DNA of 30,344 nucleotides from Candidatus Poribacteria bacterium (lineage in GTDB: Bacteria > Poribacteria > WGA-4E > UBA9662): the NCBI GenBank assembly GCA_036339735.1, contig JAYZAL010000068.1, forward strand, positions 1 to 30,344, in the 5' to 3' direction. A model generated the notes under the pieces. The model did not search any database. It saw only the letters and a program-made list of their open reading frames with translations, and was not told the DNA's origin. The number at the start of each line of letters is the position of its first letter. Within the stretch, counting starts at the first letter, position 1. Shown here piece by piece: positions 26,866-30,344 of this stretch. The translations under genes and the position numbers were made by a program.

Positions 26866-26971
26866 TTACCTAGTGAATTAAGGAAATTTACAGAATCCAA
26901 CGAGGCTCATAAACAGACCTAAAGTTCTTATAAAAAGAATACTTTATCTTGCCTCTTGAATCTTCAGGTTT

Positions 26972-28660
26972 TTATCGATATTTCGGATAGTAGGCTCTAC
27001 TAACACAACCGTGATTAGCTTGGGCAGTTGTTGCGCAAAAATCAGCTAAGTATCCTCTAGGTTCACCCATCGATGTTTGTGGGTGCCAATTTTCTCTTCT
27101 TGTGGCAAGCGTGTCTTCGTCGACGTGTAAGTGAATATCACCAGCCAGAAGGTCAAACGAAATGCGATCTCCGTTCTCAACGAAAGCGATTGGTCCACCG
27201 ACTGCTGCTTCTGGAGCACAGTGAACACCAATGGCCCCATGTGAAACGCCAGAAACCCGGGTGTCAGATAGGAAAGCGACTTTACCATCAAGCTCTGGGA
27301 CAGAAAGTGCCGCTGTGGCCACCAGGACTTCGGGCATTCCACATGCTACTGGCCCAAGGTTTCTCAGAACAATGACCATACCTGGTTGTATGTGTTTAGC
27401 TTCAACTGCTTGTGCTACCTGTCTTGCATCGTCAAAGCAAATTGCCAATCCACTAAAAGTTGAACTTTCCATACTGGATACTTTAAAAACTACTCCACCT
27501 GGGGCAATATTACCAAAACAGACTTGCATATCAGCAAAGCGTTTAAAAGGCCGATTATATGGGGCAAGTAAATCTTGGTCATTTTGTACTAATGGCACAT
27601 CAGTTAAATTTTCTGATACTGTTCCGCCTGTAATAGTTAGGCAGTCTCCGTCCAAAAGACCATTGACTAACAAGTGCTTTAGCAATAGAGGTGTTCCACC
27701 CAGGTTGTGTAAATCAACCATTGTTCGATTACCGCGAGGAGCAAAACTAGCGAGGACGGGAGTTGTTCGTAAAACTTTCTGTATGTCGACTAAGCTGAAA
27801 TCTACTTTAGCTTCCAACGCCAATGCCAGCAAGTGAAGGATACCATTGGTGGAACCACCTGCAGCAGCAATGGCAACGGTGGCATTAATGAATGCAGCCT
27901 TAGTCAAAATGTCTCTCGGTCGAATATCAGCTTCGAGCAAATTATGAACTAACTTTCCTGTTTTTTGACATTCTTTTCGCTTTTCTTCACTCATGGCTGG
28001 TATGGAACTACTATATGGAGCCATCAAGCCAATAGCTTCCATAGCAATACCCCAAGTGTTGAAGGATGCAGCGATACCACACCCACCTGCTCCAGGACAA
28101 GCCAATTGCAATATCTCATCCGCCTCATCTTGGCTGATGGCCCCAACGTTGGCAGCTGCTTGGGAATCATAAACATCCAAAATGGTAATGTCCTTTCCCT
28201 GATAGCAACCGGGCATTATGCTTCCACCACTAACGATTAGTCCAGGATAATTTAGTCTGGCCAGCGCCATGGCAAATCCAGGACCATTCTTATCACAATT
28301 ATGTAAGCCAATTAAAGCATCATATCCATGTGCTGATACTACGCATTCTGCTGAGTTGGCAATCATGTTTCGAGATGGTAGGCTGCCATTTCCCCCTTCG
28401 TGCCCTTGTGTTATGTTGTCGCTCACCCCTAGTGTTCCAAAGGGAAAACCAATTAACCCGGCCGATTTACAACCATCAGTTAATTGCTGAGCTAGCTCGT
28501 AAGCATGCATGTTACATAGATTACCATCTAGTAATGGTGTTCCTATACCAACCTGAGCTCGGTTGAAATCGGCATCATCGAATCCGAGACCATAATAAAA
28601 TGCTGTAATCCCTTTCTGCCAACCTTGAGTCAGGCGTCGGCTGTTCCAATTAAGTGCCAA
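26972..28660 (-). CDS. ilvD: IlvD/Edd-family Fe-S dehydratase (dihydroxy-acid dehydratase-like, atypical motifs)
   Basis: CNMH, CDKN and CPGAGGCG cluster-ligand motifs, GGSTN, GMPE, HCAPEA; TTG start with GGAG RBS. Family assignment is secure, exact substrate is not. Confidence 0.8.
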   Translation of the reverse strand: MALNWNSRRLTQGWQKGITAFYYGLGFDDADFNRAQVGIGTPLLDGNLCNMHAYELAQQLTDGCKSAGLIGFPFGTLGVSDNITQGHEGGNGSLPSRNMIANSAECVVSAHGYDALIGLHNCDKNGPGFAMALARLNYPGLIVSGGSIMPGCYQGKDITILDVYDSQAAANVGAISQDEADEILQLACPGAGGCGIAASFNTWGIAMEAIGLMAPYSSSIPAMSEEKRKECQKTGKLVHNLLEADIRPRDILTKAAFINATVAIAAAGGSTNGILHLLALALEAKVDFSLVDIQKVLRTTPVLASFAPRGNRTMVDLHNLGGTPLLLKHLLVNGLLDGDCLTITGGTVSENLTDVPLVQNDQDLLAPYNRPFKRFADMQVCFGNIAPGGVVFKVSSMESSTFSGLAICFDDARQVAQAVEAKHIQPGMVIVLRNLGPVACGMPEVLVATAALSVPELDGKVAFLSDTRVSGVSHGAIGVHCAPEAAVGGPIAFVENGDRISFDLLAGDIHLHVDEDTLATRRENWHPQTSMGEPRGYLADFCATTAQANHGCVSRAYYPKYR

Positions 28661-28702
28661 AATATACTCCTTTTGATCTTATATCACGTTTTCGACTAGC
28701 TG

Positions 28703-28731
28703 ATTATATCAGTCAAATACAGCATGGTCTA
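28703..28731 (-). promoter_or_regulatory. Candidate sigma70-type promoter for the IlvD-family gene
   Basis: Minus strand TAGACC-N17-TATAAT with extended -10 (TGATATAAT), about 42 nt upstream of the start. Confidence 0.6.
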
Positions 28732-28853
28732 GTTTAGCAGGTACAAATACAGACAGGTTTTTCTCAACATAATTGTCAAAATAGAATTTGTGAAATCTAC
28801 CAGTTTGAAATAGAATCAGATCTAGTAGGAAGAATTATAAGGGAAGAAAGTCC

Positions 28854-29791
28854 ATGAAAAGAAAAGTCAAGACCCTAAATATGACGATTTGGTTACTTCT
28901 TCTTGCCTTCTGTAGTTGCGAAAATTTAGCTAAAGATGATTTGGTTTAGTAAATAACAACTTATCTCTCAAAGCATCACCTACACAAATGGATGTTGATT
29001 AGGTTTTGGTTCCTGCGGGCAGATTTTCTATGGGAGATGTCAAAAATGAGGAAACCCATTGGATCCTAATGTCTCAGCCGGTACATCAAGTAACTGTTAG
29101 TTCTTTCTATATGGATATACATGAAGTGACAGTTGGTCAGTTTAAGTAATTTATTCACGATTGTCATTATCACCCCGATTTGGCCAGAGTAAATATTTGG
29201 AATTTTGAACGTTTCTGGCACTAAGTTGCTCATTATTTATCTGAGGGTAACTATCCCATAGTTTTTGTAAGTTGGCCTGACGCAAATAACTACGCTCAAT
29301 GGATCGGGAAAACGATTGACAACCGAGTTCGAGTGGGAGTACGGGACGAGGGAAGGACTTGTTGGCAATCGTTATACTTGGGGAGACCTGACTTACCAAT
29401 ATCAAGCTAATTGCCGAGGGAAAAGCTGGAAAGACCGATGGCATCGTGTCAATCCAGTTGGCAGTTTCCCTGCCAATGGGTTTGGACTCTATGATATGAG
29501 CGAGAATGTCTGGAAATGTTGTTCTGATTGGTTTCACGACACAAACTTGCAGCTACAATCGGCCAATATGCCCTCCAACCAAAGTCGCAATCACCAAAAA
29601 CGACGTGTTTTAGAGGTAGATCCTGGAATAACACTCAAGACAGTGGCCTGCGAGTTGCTATTCGTCTGAGCGGAATTCCTTCCATAAATCAGAATTTTTT
29701 CACACTTGGTTCAATCGGTTTTCGGTGTGTATCGGATGTTGAATTACTCCTAATCTCCATTCATCAGGAAACAAATTCTTTTAATTATTAG
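28854..29791 (+). pseudogene. Degraded formylglycine-generating enzyme (SUMF1/FGE-sulfatase) domain protein
   Basis: Fragments across frames: signal/lipobox-like MKRK...LLLLAFCSC, VLVPAGRFSMG, PVHQV...FYMDIHEVTVGQF, YPIVFVSW, KRLTTEFEWEY, PVGSFPANGFGLYDM, RGRSW, IGFRCV. In-frame stops at 29000, 29147 and 29222; frameshifts near 29310 and in 29540-29600. Confidence 0.9.
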
Positions 29792-29973
29792 CACTTTCTG
29801 AGCAGTAGATCAAGGCTTATACCTAGATTAATAAAAAGGATTTTATACTCTCTCGGTAAGAAATTGACTTGCTTTCTCGCTCGAGATTTAGGATATAACG
29901 TTATTCAATTGGCCTTTTCAAACTCAAACTAGACAACTTAATAATATAAGTGAGCCTACATTTACTTATAACA

Positions 29974-29982
29974 TGATATAAT
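29974..29982 (+). promoter_or_regulatory. Candidate extended -10 promoter element
   Basis: TGATATAAT, about 30 nt upstream of ATG 30012. Confidence 0.4.
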
Positions 29983-30011
29983 CTTGCGGATAACAAAGGT
30001 TGTTGAAATTA

Positions 30012-30344
30012 ATGGTTTTTCCGTTTCATGGTCGGGTTGGTATTGGTTTAATTGTTATTTTTTGGCCGCTAAATTGGCTAGTGCCCAATTGGCTGACGAG
30101 TTCAGACAGTCCACTTCTCATTTCTCATTTTGGCTGGGTTGGTTTTTTCCCGCTTTGGTTGGGCTATTGCTTAACTGTTTCTGCTCTGACTTGTTTGAGA
30201 AAAGGAAATTCTATACTTACCCGGAACTTTTTTGCTTACTGCCTTTTGTTTGTCATTTCTTCACCCAGTTGGTGGCTATTTGAGTTCATAAATTGGCGAA
30301 CTCAAAACTGGTTTTATGAAGGGCGCTCTAGTGTTACCAGCCTT
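30012..30344 (+). CDS. Hypothetical polytopic membrane protein, 5' part (runs off the right edge)
   Basis: Open for 111 codons to the window end: MVFPFHGRVGIGLIVIFWPLNW...GFFPLWLGYCLTV...FVISSPSWWLFEFINWRTQNWFY; Trp/Phe-rich hydrophobic segments; absent from the ORF track. Confidence 0.75.
   Translation, partial: MVFPFHGRVGIGLIVIFWPLNWLVPNWLTSSDSPLLISHFGWVGFFPLWLGYCLTVSALTCLRKGNSILTRNFFAYCLLFVISSPSWWLFEFINWRTQNWFYEGRSSVTSL

Noticed and set aside
27231-27836. 201-aa antisense ORF in ilvD and other antisense ORFs (8009-8488, 14618-15043, 23937-24443, 24987-25370)
   Set aside because: Antisense shadows of conserved genes with no recognisable motifs
29000-29224. In-frame stops in the FGE-like gene as recoding or an alternative genetic code
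   Set aside because: Mixed TAG/TAA stops plus frameshifts and motif erosion; all other genes read normally in the standard bacterial code
29984-30283. 99-aa ORF from the track
   Set aside because: Likely a shadow frame; the overlapping frame from ATG 30012 is open to the window end, has coherent TM segments and leaves room for a leader after the extended -10

Overview
Bacterial chromosomal window, moderately AT-rich, dominated by one + strand flagellar hook-basal-body/motor/export cluster (about 1.9-26.9 kb). The order is a cytoplasmic PAS histidine kinase and a sigma54 response regulator (FleSR/FlrBC/FlgSR-like), then flgB-flgC-fliE-fliF-fliG-fliH-fliI-fliJ-[three unannotated membrane-anchored coiled-coil genes]-fliK-flgD-flgE-motA-motB-fliL1-fliL2-fliM-fliN-fliO-fliP-fliQ-fliR. 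On the left is a divergent leuS that is truncated by the window and missed by the ORF track. On the right are a convergent, atypical IlvD/Edd-family dehydratase, a decayed formylglycine-generating-enzyme (SUMF1)-domain pseudogene and the 5' part of a membrane protein gene. The core pathway is known, but several motor parts look unusual: three apparently paralogous TM+coiled-coil proteins in the slot normally holding one YlxF/FlbB/MotE gene, a 1025-aa FliK, a 722-aa FlgE with a duplicated insertion, two divergent FliL paralogs, a Na+-type stator signature, and a FliG whose torque-helix charges are largely replaced. Candidate sigma54 promoters lie before flgB and inside the 3' end of fliK. All assignments are from motif recognition by eye; no searches were run. 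A marine uncultured lineage such as Poribacteria is only a guess. No rRNA, tRNA, CRISPR array or mobile element was seen.
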